Shown piece after piece: positions 18,528 through 28,229 of a stretch of DNA of 64,000 bases. The position numbers were made by a program, and so were the translations under genes. The stretch's first letter is position 1; each line of letters begins with the position of its first letter. Source of the DNA: Acidobacteriota bacterium (GTDB taxonomy: Bacteria; Acidobacteriota; JAAYUB01). The notes under the pieces are model-generated. The model saw nothing but the letters and a program-made list of their open reading frames with translations. It had not been told where the DNA came from and searched no databases. The stretch lies in NCBI GenBank assembly GCA_012517875.1, contig JAAYUB010000026.1:1134-65133 (forward strand), in the 5' to 3' direction.

Positions 18528-18857
18528 ATGGCCTGGATCTACCTGCTCATCGCCGGCGGCTGCGAGATCACCTGGGCGGTGGCCCTCAAGTACAGCGTCG
18601 GATTCAGCCGTCCCGTTCCCAGTGTCATTACCGTGGTGGTGGGGCTGCTCAGCCTGTTCTTCCTGTCGCTCGCCGCCCGGCAGATTCCTCTCGGCACCGC
18701 CTATGCCATCTGGACCGGCATCGGCGCCGTGGGTGCCGTGGCCGCCGGGGCGATCCTCTTCGGCGAGCCCGTGGGATTGGGTCGCGGGTTCTTCATTCTC
18801 CTGATCGCCGCCGGAATCGTCGGCCTGAAGCTGATGGATGCACCGGTACGGGCCTGA
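18528..18857 (+). CDS. sugE: SMR-family multidrug/quaternary-ammonium efflux protein (SugE/EmrE-like)
   Basis: 109 aa with four TM helices. MAWIYLLIAGGCEITWAVALKYS resembles the SugE N-terminus. RBS GGGGAGGG upstream. Confidence 0.85.
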   Translation: MAWIYLLIAGGCEITWAVALKYSVGFSRPVPSVITVVVGLLSLFFLSLAARQIPLGTAYAIWTGIGAVGAVAAGAILFGEPVGLGRGFFILLIAAGIVGLKLMDAPVRA

Positions 18858-18873
18858 GCTCTCCGGAGCGTCA

Positions 18874-18892
18874 GGCGGATCGCCCATCCGCC
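18874..18892. terminator. GC-rich hairpin GGCGGA-tcgccca-TCCGCC between convergent sugE and adenosine-deaminase genes; candidate bidirectional terminator
   Basis: Inverted repeat read from the sequence. No U-tract, as is common in high-GC genomes. Confidence 0.35.
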
Positions 18893-18908
18893 GGCGGGGC
18901 AAGAAGCG

Positions 18909-20147
18909 TCATACTTCGCCGCCGCCCAGCGTCTCGGGCAGATGCTGCCGCTGCAACTCTTCGTAATAGTTGATCACGGAGCGGACGTAGCGGCGTTTCT
19001 CCTCGTAGGGCCCTGGATAGAAACTCCGCTTGAAACCATAGACCAGCAGATCCTTGAGCTCCTTCGCCGTGATGGGAAAGTGTTCCAGGGCCAGGCCCAG
19101 CTCCCGGCACATGGTGGTCCGGGAGACCAGGCGGTTGTCGGTGCACAGGGTGCAGCTCAGGTTGCTCGCCCGCATTTGTCCAAAGGAGTGTTCCGCCAGG
19201 TTGTGGATCTGGGGGTTTGTCTGCAGGTTGCTCGAGAGGCAGACTTCGATGGTGATCCGCCGGTCGGCGATGTACTGGCTGAGCCGGTTCACATAATCCC
19301 GCCGGTCGGCGATCTCCGGCGAGCGGATCATGTCATCGCTGAACAGGAAGCTGCCGTGACCGATCCGGTCGGCGTGGCACTCGGTGATGGCCTGGAAGAT
19401 GCTCTCCGGGCCATAGGCCTCGCCTGCGTGGACCGTCTTTTTCATGAAGTTCCGGTGGACGAAATCGTAGGCATCCTTGAAGTCCACCGCCGGGTAGCCG
19501 AACTCGTCGCCGGCCAGGTCGAAACCAACAATCGGCACGCCGCAGCGGTCGCGGATGTCCACCACCGCCCGCGCCAGCTCCACCGCCGCGAGCTGGAACA
19601 CCTGCTTGGGCGGCGAGTAGCTGTGCAGCTCAAAGAACCGGCGGTAGAACTCCGAATAGACCGGTTCGAACTTGCGCATGGCACAGGCGATGATGCCGTA
19701 GGCGAAGCGCGGCTCCCGGCCGCTCCGGACGCCCTCGCTCCGGCTGTTGTAGTGGGCGGCCGCCCGCGCCAGCCCCCGGTCTACCGCCTGGAGCACCTCC
19801 TGGAAACCGAGGCCGGGATGCACGTGCAGGTGGGGGGCGAAGCGCACCTCGATGTAGCGAACCCCTTCGAGGATGTTATCCTCCATCAGCTCGTAGGCCA
19901 CCCGTTCCAGTGACTCGGGATTCTGCAGCACCGCGACGGTGTACTGAAAACCGTGCAGGTATTCGGTCAGGCTGGCGTACTTTTCCTTGAACACCTGCTC
20001 GAACAGGCCGTCCACCGTGTCCGACGGCAATTGCACCCGGTGCTGGCGGGCCAGGTCAATCAGCGTCTCGGGCCGGAGGGAACCGTCCAGGTGCAAATGC
20101 ACATCCGTCTTCGGCAGGAGACGGATCAGGTCGGCCGGGAGCTTCAT
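18909..20147 (-). CDS. Adenosine/AMP deaminase-family metallohydrolase
   Basis: Start MKLPADLIRLLPKTDVHLHLDGSL carries the HxHxDG metal motif. Also TVHAGE, CHADRIGHG and SSNLQT. About 413 aa, longer than canonical Add. Confidence 0.75.
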   Translation of the reverse strand: MKLPADLIRLLPKTDVHLHLDGSLRPETLIDLARQHRVQLPSDTVDGLFEQVFKEKYASLTEYLHGFQYTVAVLQNPESLERVAYELMEDNILEGVRYIEVRFAPHLHVHPGLGFQEVLQAVDRGLARAAAHYNSRSEGVRSGREPRFAYGIIACAMRKFEPVYSEFYRRFFELHSYSPPKQVFQLAAVELARAVVDIRDRCGVPIVGFDLAGDEFGYPAVDFKDAYDFVHRNFMKKTVHAGEAYGPESIFQAITECHADRIGHGSFLFSDDMIRSPEIADRRDYVNRLSQYIADRRITIEVCLSSNLQTNPQIHNLAEHSFGQMRASNLSCTLCTDNRLVSRTTMCRELGLALEHFPITAKELKDLLVYGFKRSFYPGPYEEKRRYVRSVINYYEELQRQHLPETLGGGEV

Positions 20148-20251
20148 GGGCACCTCAATCGGGGAAAATGGGACATTTATTGTAACCCATTCCCCCTGGC
20201 AGGCGAAATGTATTACAATGGCCATTCGATTCGCAGGAGGGCTGTGGCACC

Positions 20252-21817
20252 ATGTTGGAAAGCTTGACCCAGGGATTCCGAACCCTCCGCCAGCGGCTGC
20301 AGGGGCTCGAGACTCTGTCCGAAGAAAAGATCGACGACGTGCTCGGCGACGTCCGGCGCTCGCTGCTTGAGGCGGACGTAGCCCTGCCTGTGGTCCGCAA
20401 ATTCCTCGCCCAGGTTAAAGAGAAAGCCGTGGGCGAGATTGTCCAAACGCGGGTGTCTTTCCAAGACCAGAAAATGAAAGTCTCGCCCGCCGACGTCTTT
20501 GTCAAGATTTGCGAGGATGAACTCATCGGCCTGCTCGGACCGGTGGACACCTCCCTGCGCTTCCGCACCAGCGGACCGGCGGTGGTCATGCTGGTGGGCT
20601 TGCAGGGCTCCGGTAAAACCACCTCCGCGGCCAAGCTGGCCCGCCTGCTGCAGCGCCAGGGCCGTAACCCGATGCTGGTGGCCGCCGACGTTTACCGCCC
20701 CGCCGCCGTGGAGCAGCTGCGGGTGCTCGGCGAACAGTTGGGCGCGAGCGTGTTCATCCGCGACGGCCTCAGCCCTGTGCTGATTTGCAAGGAAGCGGTC
20801 CAGGAAGCGGTCAAGACCGGGCGCGACACCGTGATCCTGGACACCGCCGGCCGCCTGGCTATTGACGAAAACCTGATGCGCGAACTCGAGGACATCAAGC
20901 GCGAGACGCGTCCCGACAACATCCTGTTGGTGTGCGACGCCATGATCGGACAGGATGCGGTGCGGATGTCCGATGCGTTCAACCAGCGGCTGAACGTCGA
21001 CGGCTTCATCATGACGAAGCTTGATGGCGACACTCGCGGCGGCGCTATCCTGTCGGTCAAGGAAGTCACCGGCAAGCCCATCAAATTCGTCGGCGTCGGC
21101 GAGCAGCTGGACCGGCTTGAGGAATTCCGGCCGGAAGGCTTCGCCTCGCGGATACTGGGTTTCGGCGACATCGTCGGCCTAGTGCGCGATTTTCAGGACG
21201 TCGTGGACCAGAAGCAGGCCGAGGAGGATGCCGTCCGGATTCTGCAGGGCGAGTTCAGCCTCAAAGACTTCGTGGACCAGATCAAGACCATCCGCAAGAT
21301 GGGACCGCTCAACGAAGTGATGGAGCGCGTTCCCGGCATGTCTGACGCGTTCCCCAACGGCGTCCAGATGGACGAGGGCGAGCTGAACAAGATGGAGGCG
21401 ATCATCGGCTCCATGACTCCGCAGGAGCGGCAGCGTCCCCAAATCATCAACCAGAGCCGGGCGGCCCGCATCGCCCGCGGCTCGGGTTACAAGCCGCACG
21501 ACGTGCGCAATTTGATCGCCCAGTTTCAGAGCATGCGCAAACTGTTTGCCCAGATGGGCCAGTCCACGAGTTGGCTTGGCCGCATCCCGGGCCTGAAGAA
21601 GCTCGATCAGATGATGCAGATGCGCCAGATGATGGCCGAAGAAACCGACCTGGACACGGAAAGCCTCCTGGCCGGTCTGAAGAATCCCTTCAAGAAGAAG
21701 TTCCAGCCGGAATTCGCCACCAAGTCGCTGAGCGGCGACGACTGGAAGAAACTCAAGAACAAACGCAAGTCGGAGCGCAAGGCGCGAAAGGACCAGCACA
21801 AGAAAAAGAAGAAGTGA
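20252..21817 (+). CDS. ffh: Signal recognition particle protein Ffh
   Basis: LLEADVALPVVRKFLAQVKEKAVG, GLQGSGKTTSAAKLA and DTAGR, plus an M-domain and a Lys-rich C-terminal tail. RBS GCAGGAGGG upstream. Confidence 0.95.
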   Translation: MLESLTQGFRTLRQRLQGLETLSEEKIDDVLGDVRRSLLEADVALPVVRKFLAQVKEKAVGEIVQTRVSFQDQKMKVSPADVFVKICEDELIGLLGPVDTSLRFRTSGPAVVMLVGLQGSGKTTSAAKLARLLQRQGRNPMLVAADVYRPAAVEQLRVLGEQLGASVFIRDGLSPVLICKEAVQEAVKTGRDTVILDTAGRLAIDENLMRELEDIKRETRPDNILLVCDAMIGQDAVRMSDAFNQRLNVDGFIMTKLDGDTRGGAILSVKEVTGKPIKFVGVGEQLDRLEEFRPEGFASRILGFGDIVGLVRDFQDVVDQKQAEEDAVRILQGEFSLKDFVDQIKTIRKMGPLNEVMERVPGMSDAFPNGVQMDEGELNKMEAIIGSMTPQERQRPQIINQSRAARIARGSGYKPHDVRNLIAQFQSMRKLFAQMGQSTSWLGRIPGLKKLDQMMQMRQMMAEETDLDTESLLAGLKNPFKKKFQPEFATKSLSGDDWKKLKNKRKSERKARKDQHKKKKK

Positions 21818-23373
21818 TGTCCCAGCCGCCAGACCTGAACGCCGAGCAGCTCCCCGGCGTCGCCAAGGGCGCCGCATTCACCTTGGTGTTCGAATTCATC
21901 GACAAGCTGCTCGGTTTCGTCTTTGCCGTCCTGGTTCCGAAGCTGATCGGACTGGCCAATTTCGGCGTTTATAACATCGGCGTCTCCCTCACTCACATTT
22001 TCTCGACACTCTCGCTGGCGGGGCTTTCGCAAGGCGTGGTCCGCGACGGAAGTGTCCTCTATGAACACAGCCAATGGGGACGGTTGCGCGGCACGTTCCG
22101 GTTCGCCCTGACGGTGAGCGCCACCGCGGCGATCGGATTCGGCGCGTTGCTCGTCGTGTTCGCCCGCCCGCTGGCCGTCTTGTTGCTCCACGAAACCGGT
22201 CTGGCTTGGACTCTGTGGCTCGTCGGGATCGCCATCCCGGCCACCGCCGTCTGCGGCCTCCTGGTGCAGATGTCGCTGGCTCTCCGGGTGGTGCGGCACA
22301 CGGCCGTCGTCAAGTATTTCTGCGAGCCGTTTCTGAAGCTGGTCTTCTTCACCGGGCTGTTCGCGCTGGGCTGCGGCCTCGGCGCGGCGCTGGGCGGATT
22401 CACTCTGGCCATGGTCGCCTGCGCCGCCCTCGCCGGGCTCCTGTTCTACCGACTCCTGCGGCGGGTGCCTCCGGCCCCGACCGAAGTCATCGACCGACAG
22501 CGGCTGCTGCTGTTCTCGCTTCCCCTCGTGGGTCCCATGATCATGGCCAACGTGCTCACCTGGGTCGACATCATCTTGCTGGGCGTCTATGCCGACAACT
22601 CGGTGGTGGGGCTCTTTTCGCTGGCGCTGAAGGTCGTGCTGATCCCCGAAGTCATCCCGCGCGCCTTCGCGGCGCCCACCACCCCCCGCATCGCCGCGCT
22701 GCTCGCGGACAACCGGCTCGGCGACTCCTGGAATCTCTACCGGGAGGTGGGCCGGTGGACACTGGGCTTGGCCCTGCCATGCTATCTGTTTCTCATCCTG
22801 CGGGCCGATCTGTGTCTGGCCATCCTGGGCCCCCAGTTCGTTCCGGGTTCCCTCTACATTGCCGTCCTGTCGCTCGGCCCCCTGCTGGTCGCCGGCCTGG
22901 GGCCCGCCGAAGCAACGCTGTCCATGGGCGGTCACTCCCGCCTGATGCTGATCAACACGCTGGCTGCATCCAGCCTGAATCTGGCGGCGGCGCTGGCGCT
23001 GGTGCCCCAGTTCGGTGCCCTGGCCATGGCGTGGATCATCTCCGGCACCTGGCTGGCGTACCGGCTGGCGATGGCCATGGAAGTGTATTTACTGTACGGC
23101 TTCTTTCCCGTCTCGCCTCGCGTTTTGTCCGTCACGCTGGCGGCGGTTCCGGCCGCGCTGTACCTGTACTGGATGCGCCGGGCGCCGCTGACGGCATCGA
23201 TCCCGCTGGAGCTTGCGCTCGAGGTGACCATCTTCAGCCTCAGCTACGTTGCCGCTTTGCTCGTGCTGGCGGTGAACCGAGAGGACCGATTGGTGCTGGT
23301 CCGGATGATTCAGCGGATTCGGGACCACCTGGGAGAGCTGCGCCGGGGCCGGTCGTCGCGCAAGTTCCTCTGA
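21817..23373 (+). CDS. Polysaccharide biosynthesis protein / Wzx-like MOP-superfamily flippase
   Basis: About 518 aa with roughly 12-14 TM helices. ATG overlaps the ffh TGA by 1 nt (TGATG). Confidence 0.65.
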   Translation: MSQPPDLNAEQLPGVAKGAAFTLVFEFIDKLLGFVFAVLVPKLIGLANFGVYNIGVSLTHIFSTLSLAGLSQGVVRDGSVLYEHSQWGRLRGTFRFALTVSATAAIGFGALLVVFARPLAVLLLHETGLAWTLWLVGIAIPATAVCGLLVQMSLALRVVRHTAVVKYFCEPFLKLVFFTGLFALGCGLGAALGGFTLAMVACAALAGLLFYRLLRRVPPAPTEVIDRQRLLLFSLPLVGPMIMANVLTWVDIILLGVYADNSVVGLFSLALKVVLIPEVIPRAFAAPTTPRIAALLADNRLGDSWNLYREVGRWTLGLALPCYLFLILRADLCLAILGPQFVPGSLYIAVLSLGPLLVAGLGPAEATLSMGGHSRLMLINTLAASSLNLAAALALVPQFGALAMAWIISGTWLAYRLAMAMEVYLLYGFFPVSPRVLSVTLAAVPAALYLYWMRRAPLTASIPLELALEVTIFSLSYVAALLVLAVNREDRLVLVRMIQRIRDHLGELRRGRSSRKFL

Positions 23374-23418
23374 GCCGCGTGCGGCGGTTGTCTTTCGATC
23401 GTGCTCTAAAGGAAGAAA

Positions 23419-23435
23419 GGCCGGCATGTCCGGCC
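23419..23435. terminator. Hairpin GGCCGG-catgt-CCGGCC between convergent Wzx-like and Rrf2 genes
   Basis: Inverted repeat read from the sequence. Confidence 0.3.
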
Positions 23436-23442
23436 CGAATCG

Positions 23443-23916
23443 TTATCGAGAGGCGGATTTTACTGACGGCTTGTTGTCGAGGTTGATTGCGTCGGGTTTG
23501 ATACGGCCCGCAAGAACATCGGCGACCGTGATGGCCTTCATCTCCATCTGGACAATACGATTCAGCCGCTGCCACACCTGCCGGGCCGAGCAATGGGTAT
23601 GGCGGCCACACTGCGGCTCATCCAGTTCCAGACACGGGACAAATTCCAGCCGGTCTTCGGAGGCGGCCATGACCTCCCAGACGGTGATTTGATCCGGGGG
23701 CCGGGCCAGGCGGTACCCGCCGCCGGGTCCCCGCAAGGCTTGAACGATCTTCGCTTCGCGCAACCGGATGAGAATCTGCTCCAGATAGTCCTGGGAAAAG
23801 CCCTCGCGTGCCCCGATGTCTTTCCGACGGACGGCCCGCTGGTGGTCGCCTTCCTGATGGCAGGCGATGTCCAGCACCGCCCGTAGTCCATATCGGCTCT
23901 TGGTCGTGATGTTCAT
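23443..23916 (-). CDS. Rrf2-family transcriptional regulator (IscR/NsrR-like)
   Basis: MNITTKSRYGLRAVLDIA with a wHTH and GPGGGYRLARP. Cys residues in the C-terminal half suggest a possible Fe-S cluster site. Confidence 0.8.
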   Translation of the reverse strand: MNITTKSRYGLRAVLDIACHQEGDHQRAVRRKDIGAREGFSQDYLEQILIRLREAKIVQALRGPGGGYRLARPPDQITVWEVMAASEDRLEFVPCLELDEPQCGRHTHCSARQVWQRLNRIVQMEMKAITVADVLAGRIKPDAINLDNKPSVKSASR

Positions 23917-23968
23917 GCGGTTCCCCCGTCGGACTCCGTCCGGGCTGTCGCGCGCCAGGCGGCCGGCA

Positions 23969-24577
23969 TCAGGCCAGAAACGAGATGTCGCCGGCCCCCT
24001 CGCGCACCACTTCGGGGGACGGCCCGGTCAGATCGATCACCGTGGACGGCTCGGCGTAGATCTCCCCGCCGTCGATCACCAGATCGATCACCCCCTTCAG
24101 GCGATCGTGAATCTCGTTGGGATCCTGCATGTTTTCCCCGTAATGGGGATGCAGCGACGTGGAGATGATAGGGTTCTCCAGCTGTTCGGTCAAAGCGAGG
24201 CAGATCTCATTCTTCGGGATGCGGATGCCCACCGTGTGCCGTTTGGTGAGCATGATCTTGGGCACGATGTTGTTGGCTTCCAGGATGAACGTGTAAGGAC
24301 CGGGCGCAACGCGCCGCATGATCCGGTAAGCGAAATTGCTGATGATGGCGTACTGGCTGGCCATCCGGATGCTGTCGCAGATGAAGCTCATCGGTTTGTG
24401 GCGGTCCTCGTCCTTGATGCGATACAGCTGGTTGATGGCCTTCTTGTCCAGGATGGAGCAACCGATGGCGTACACGCTGTCGGTGGGATAGGCGATCACG
24501 CCGCCACCCCGTAGGATTTCCGCGGCGCTCTGGATGTGCCGGAGCTGGGGCTGGTGCGGGTTGATTTTCAGCAGCAT
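23969..24577 (-). CDS. tsaC: L-threonylcarbamoyladenylate synthase (TsaC/YrdC family)
   Basis: GGVIAYPTDSVYAIGC and the K..R motifs of the YrdC fold. 202 aa. Confidence 0.85.
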   Translation of the reverse strand: MLLKINPHQPQLRHIQSAAEILRGGGVIAYPTDSVYAIGCSILDKKAINQLYRIKDEDRHKPMSFICDSIRMASQYAIISNFAYRIMRRVAPGPYTFILEANNIVPKIMLTKRHTVGIRIPKNEICLALTEQLENPIISTSLHPHYGENMQDPNEIHDRLKGVIDLVIDGGEIYAEPSTVIDLTGPSPEVVREGAGDISFLA

Positions 24578-24721
24578 GAATCGGCCTCGCGCGCGTGTAA
24601 TTCGTTTATTACTTTAATGTTAAAGCGTTTGTTTGTCAATCGGAAACTCGGCCGGCCGCAGCCGTGACCATTGTCCACGCCGGGTCAACACCGGAGCGGC
24701 GGGCCGCCGACCGCGGGTAAG

Positions 24722-26038
24722 CTACTCGTTTTTCAGGGAGGGTTGCCCGGTGGATTCCATCACGGCCAGCCAGATGCTGCCGCGGGGATCCAGGAAGCGT
24801 CGCTTGCGGATGACTTCCCGCATGGGCACGTGCACGAACTGGTTATGCCACGACCCCACCACCAAACCGGTTTTTCCGGCCATGCCGGCATGGACCGCGT
24901 TCTGGGCCAGGAAGCCGCAGAAGGTGTGATCGCTGCTGTTAGCCGGCACGCTGCGGATCTGGTAGCTCGGATCGATGTATTTCAGCGAGATCGGCGGGCT
25001 GGTGGTCGCAAAGTGGGCGTTGATGCGGTCGCGGAGGAACGTTCCAATATCGCCCATATGGGGATTGCCGTCTACATCGAAGCCGCCCGCTTCACCGAAG
25101 AACTTCTGACCGGCGCCTTCGGCCGTCACGATCACGGCGTGGCGCCGGGCGAGGAGGCGGTCCCGCAGCACCGCCAGCAGGCCGGCGGGCCCGTCGAGGT
25201 CAAAATCAACTTCGGGTACCAGGCAGTAGTTCACCTCCTTCAACGCCAGCGTGGCGGCCGCGGCGATGAACCCCGAGCATCGGCCCATCACCTTGACCAG
25301 GCCGATTCCGTAAGGTGCTCCTTTGGCCTCAACGTGGGCGCACTGGATGACCTTGGCCGCCTCCTCCACCGCCGAATCGAAGCCGAACGTTTTCTCCACC
25401 AAGTGAATGTCGTTGTCGATGGTCTTGGGAATGCCAACCAGCGCGATCTTGAGCTGGCGGTCGGTGATCTCCTGATAGATCCGCTGTGCCGCCTTGAGGG
25501 TGCCGTCCCCCCCGATCATGAACAGCAGGCGGATGTTCATTCGGTCCAGACAGTCACAGATCGCACCGACGTCCTGCTGGCCGCGCGACGATCCCAAGAC
25601 CGTCCCTCCCTGCGAATGAATGTCGGCCACCGTGTCGGGCGTCAGCTCCAGCAGGTCGTGCCCGTAGTCGGGAATGAAGCCCTGCAGCCCATATTTAACG
25701 CCGTAGATGGTCCGGACCCCGTAGATGTAGTGCAGCTCGTTGACCACCGCCCGGATCACGTCGTTGAGGCCGGGACACAGTCCGCCGCAGGTAACCACGG
25801 CCGCTTTCAGTTTGGAGGGGTCGAAATATGTCCTACGCCGAGGGCCGGCAGGCTCGAAGCTGATTGGCTCCGTGCCCTGCGCCAGGCAGCGACGGAAGTG
25901 GTCCAGCGACAGATCCAGGAGGACGCGGTCCGTCTCCTCGACAAAGTGCCGGTAGCGAATCCTCGACTCGATGCCGGGTGTGCCCAGCTCTTCAATCCGG
26001 GTGTCGATCACCTCGCCCTGCTGCATGCGTTCCTCCAT
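24722..26038 (-). CDS. pfkA: 6-phosphofructokinase (group III / PPi- or ATP-dependent PFK-A family)
   Basis: AAVVTCGGLCPGLNDVIRAVV, MIGGDGTLKAA, GIPKTIDNDI and MGRCSGFIA motifs. 438 aa. Confidence 0.85.
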   Translation of the reverse strand: MEERMQQGEVIDTRIEELGTPGIESRIRYRHFVEETDRVLLDLSLDHFRRCLAQGTEPISFEPAGPRRRTYFDPSKLKAAVVTCGGLCPGLNDVIRAVVNELHYIYGVRTIYGVKYGLQGFIPDYGHDLLELTPDTVADIHSQGGTVLGSSRGQQDVGAICDCLDRMNIRLLFMIGGDGTLKAAQRIYQEITDRQLKIALVGIPKTIDNDIHLVEKTFGFDSAVEEAAKVIQCAHVEAKGAPYGIGLVKVMGRCSGFIAAAATLALKEVNYCLVPEVDFDLDGPAGLLAVLRDRLLARRHAVIVTAEGAGQKFFGEAGGFDVDGNPHMGDIGTFLRDRINAHFATTSPPISLKYIDPSYQIRSVPANSSDHTFCGFLAQNAVHAGMAGKTGLVVGSWHNQFVHVPMREVIRKRRFLDPRGSIWLAVMESTGQPSLKNE

Positions 26039-26092
26039 CGATTGAGTTTCGCCATCGGCCGGTTCCGCTTGGAAACCGATGCCGCCGCCACC

Positions 26093-26677
26093 CTAGCGGT
26101 TCCAGTCCACCGGTGATGTGCGGATCTCGCCGAAGCGATCCAGATATTTCAGGTGCCCGTGATCCCGGCCGTATTCGAACACCTGACGGGTGATGTCCAC
26201 ATCGTCCCGGCAATAGCGCTCAATCAAATCGAAGCGCCCCTCCTTGTACCAGCGCAGCGCGTCCAGCCCCTGACCGGATTTTCCCCGGCCCAGCGTGGCT
26301 TTGGCGATGCTGTCCAGGCTCACGCGAAAGCCCCACTGCTGGGCGATTTTTTCCAGCAGGTCCAGGGTCTTCCTGGCGCCGAGTTGGCGGAAGTCCACAT
26401 CCGACCGATACCCCCGCAGGACCGCGTAGTCAAAGATCTTAATATTGAACCCGATCACCCGAGTGGCGGCGAGCAGCTCATCCACCAGCCGGCCCGCATC
26501 CGCTTCGCGGAAAGTGGTAAACTCGCCGGTGGAGTAATCGTACAGGACCGCCAGCGACAGTTTGAGTTGATGGATGTTCTGCTTGCCGCCGACTTCTTGG
26601 AAACTGCGCTGGGTCTCCAGGTCGAACACGACCTCGCGTTCGGCCGGTCCAAAGAGACTGCGTTGCAATGATGCCAT
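26093..26677 (-). CDS. RNase-H-like 3'-5' exonuclease domain protein (DEDD-type)
   Basis: VVFDLETQ is the Exo I motif, and YCRDDVDITRQVFEY is Exo III-like. 194 aa. Confidence 0.55.
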   Translation of the reverse strand: MASLQRSLFGPAEREVVFDLETQRSFQEVGGKQNIHQLKLSLAVLYDYSTGEFTTFREADAGRLVDELLAATRVIGFNIKIFDYAVLRGYRSDVDFRQLGARKTLDLLEKIAQQWGFRVSLDSIAKATLGRGKSGQGLDALRWYKEGRFDLIERYCRDDVDITRQVFEYGRDHGHLKYLDRFGEIRTSPVDWNR

Positions 26678-26753
26678 GTGGAATCCTGTGGTATGCGGGT
26701 TGTTGCGCAGGTGCAGCCGGCAGCAGGGTCGCCGCGCTCCAACGCGCCGGCGC

Positions 26754-28229
26754 TCACTGCCCCGGCGGCGGCTGCCGATCCGGCCGGCTGGCCGACGCTG
26801 CCTCGCTCAGGCGGTAGATCGTGCCGAACTTTTTCAAACCATCTTCGATCTCCCGGACGTTCCCCACCACAACAAAGGTCATGCGGTCCGGATTCAGGTA
26901 TCTCCGGGCCGTCTCCTGGAGCTGGACCCGGGTGATGGCGCCGGCATGCGCCTGATACTCCTCGAGGTAGCTGCGCGGCCGGTTCAGGATGGTCAGCATC
27001 AGAAAATTGGCCAGTACGTCTTCCACCGTGGCGAACCGCTTGACAAAGCCGTTCTTCAGGCCCGAGACCCCCGCTTCGAACTCAGTCTCTCCGATCTTGC
27101 CGTCGCGGAACAGGTCGATGATCCAAAGCATCGCGTCCAGCGCCCGGACAGTGGTGTCGGTTTTAGTTCGGCACCGGGCGACAAAGGCAGGGCGGCCCAG
27201 TACGTCGGTGTCGAAGATCGAGTCCACCCGATAGGCCAGACCCTCCCGGTCGCGAACCTGCTGGGTAAATCGGGAGGCGAAACTGCTGCCGCCCACCATG
27301 TGATTGAGCAGGTGGATGCGGTGGATGTCCGACAGATCCCGCGCCACCGACTGGCAGCCGAAATAGATGGAGCACTGGTTGATGTTCTTCTGCAGCAGGA
27401 ACACGCCCGGGTGGTCCTGAGGGTCGGGCGGCGATGGAGGCGGTATCTCACGTGCGGTCGGATGTCCCGTATAGAATTCCTCCCACTTCTTGAGCACGCG
27501 GCCGGTATCAAAATCGCCGGTGACGACCAGGGCGAGGCCGGCGGGTCCGTAGTGGTCGCCGAAGTAGCGCTGGACCTCGGCCAACGTCACCTTCTCGAGG
27601 CCATCCGCCGAGTGCAAGTAACCGTACGGGTGAGTCGCGTACAGCAGCTGCTGGAATTTACGGCCGCATAGGTAGAACGGGTCCTCCGCCGCGGTGTCTT
27701 CCTCCGTCCGGATCCGCTGGACGACGTAGTCAAACCGCTCCTGATTGAAGGCGGGCCGGGCCAGCAGCTTGGCGATGATTTCGATGAGCATGTCGGCCTG
27801 GTCGCTGCCGATGGTTGCCTGGATGGTCACAAGGTCCGGGCCGCAGTCGATGTCCAGATTGCCGGCGTAATAGTTCAGCAGAGAGTCCAGTTTCTCCACC
27901 GTCATGCCCTCGCTGCCGCTCTCGCGGAGCATCCGGGCGGTCACCCGCGCCACCTGAGGCGGATAGCCCGTTTCGAACACCGCTCCGGCTCGCACCACGA
28001 CGCGGACGCTCAGCAGCGGGATCGAGCGGTCGCTTCGGCAATAGAACGTCACGCCCGCCTTGGAGCGAACCACCTGAAAGTCCTTGCCCTCCGAGGGCAA
28101 TTTCCAGTTTAGAGGGACCGACGCTAGACGGCTGATGGTCCGACTGCCGCGGCTGACGGATTCGTCGGCCGGCATTGCGGCCGCCAGGGCCAGGCCGGCT
28201 GCCACGGTGATGAGCAAACGGGCGATCAT
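26754..28229 (-). CDS. M16-family peptidase, non-catalytic subunit type (secreted)
   Basis: Signal peptide MIARLLITVAAGLALAAA. Insulinase fold without an HxxEH motif. Overlaps the upstream M16 gene by 4 nt. Confidence 0.75.
   Translation of the reverse strand: MIARLLITVAAGLALAAAMPADESVSRGSRTISRLASVPLNWKLPSEGKDFQVVRSKAGVTFYCRSDRSIPLLSVRVVVRAGAVFETGYPPQVARVTARMLRESGSEGMTVEKLDSLLNYYAGNLDIDCGPDLVTIQATIGSDQADMLIEIIAKLLARPAFNQERFDYVVQRIRTEEDTAAEDPFYLCGRKFQQLLYATHPYGYLHSADGLEKVTLAEVQRYFGDHYGPAGLALVVTGDFDTGRVLKKWEEFYTGHPTAREIPPPSPPDPQDHPGVFLLQKNINQCSIYFGCQSVARDLSDIHRIHLLNHMVGGSSFASRFTQQVRDREGLAYRVDSIFDTDVLGRPAFVARCRTKTDTTVRALDAMLWIIDLFRDGKIGETEFEAGVSGLKNGFVKRFATVEDVLANFLMLTILNRPRSYLEEYQAHAGAITRVQLQETARRYLNPDRMTFVVVGNVREIEDGLKKFGTIYRLSEAASASRPDRQPPPGQ

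Noticed and set aside
21607-22935. 442-aa ORF on the minus strand
   Set aside because: Antisense to the Wzx-like flippase. A highly charged, low-complexity product.
24671-26116. 481-aa ORF on the plus strand
   Set aside because: Antisense to the phosphofructokinase gene. No recognisable domain.
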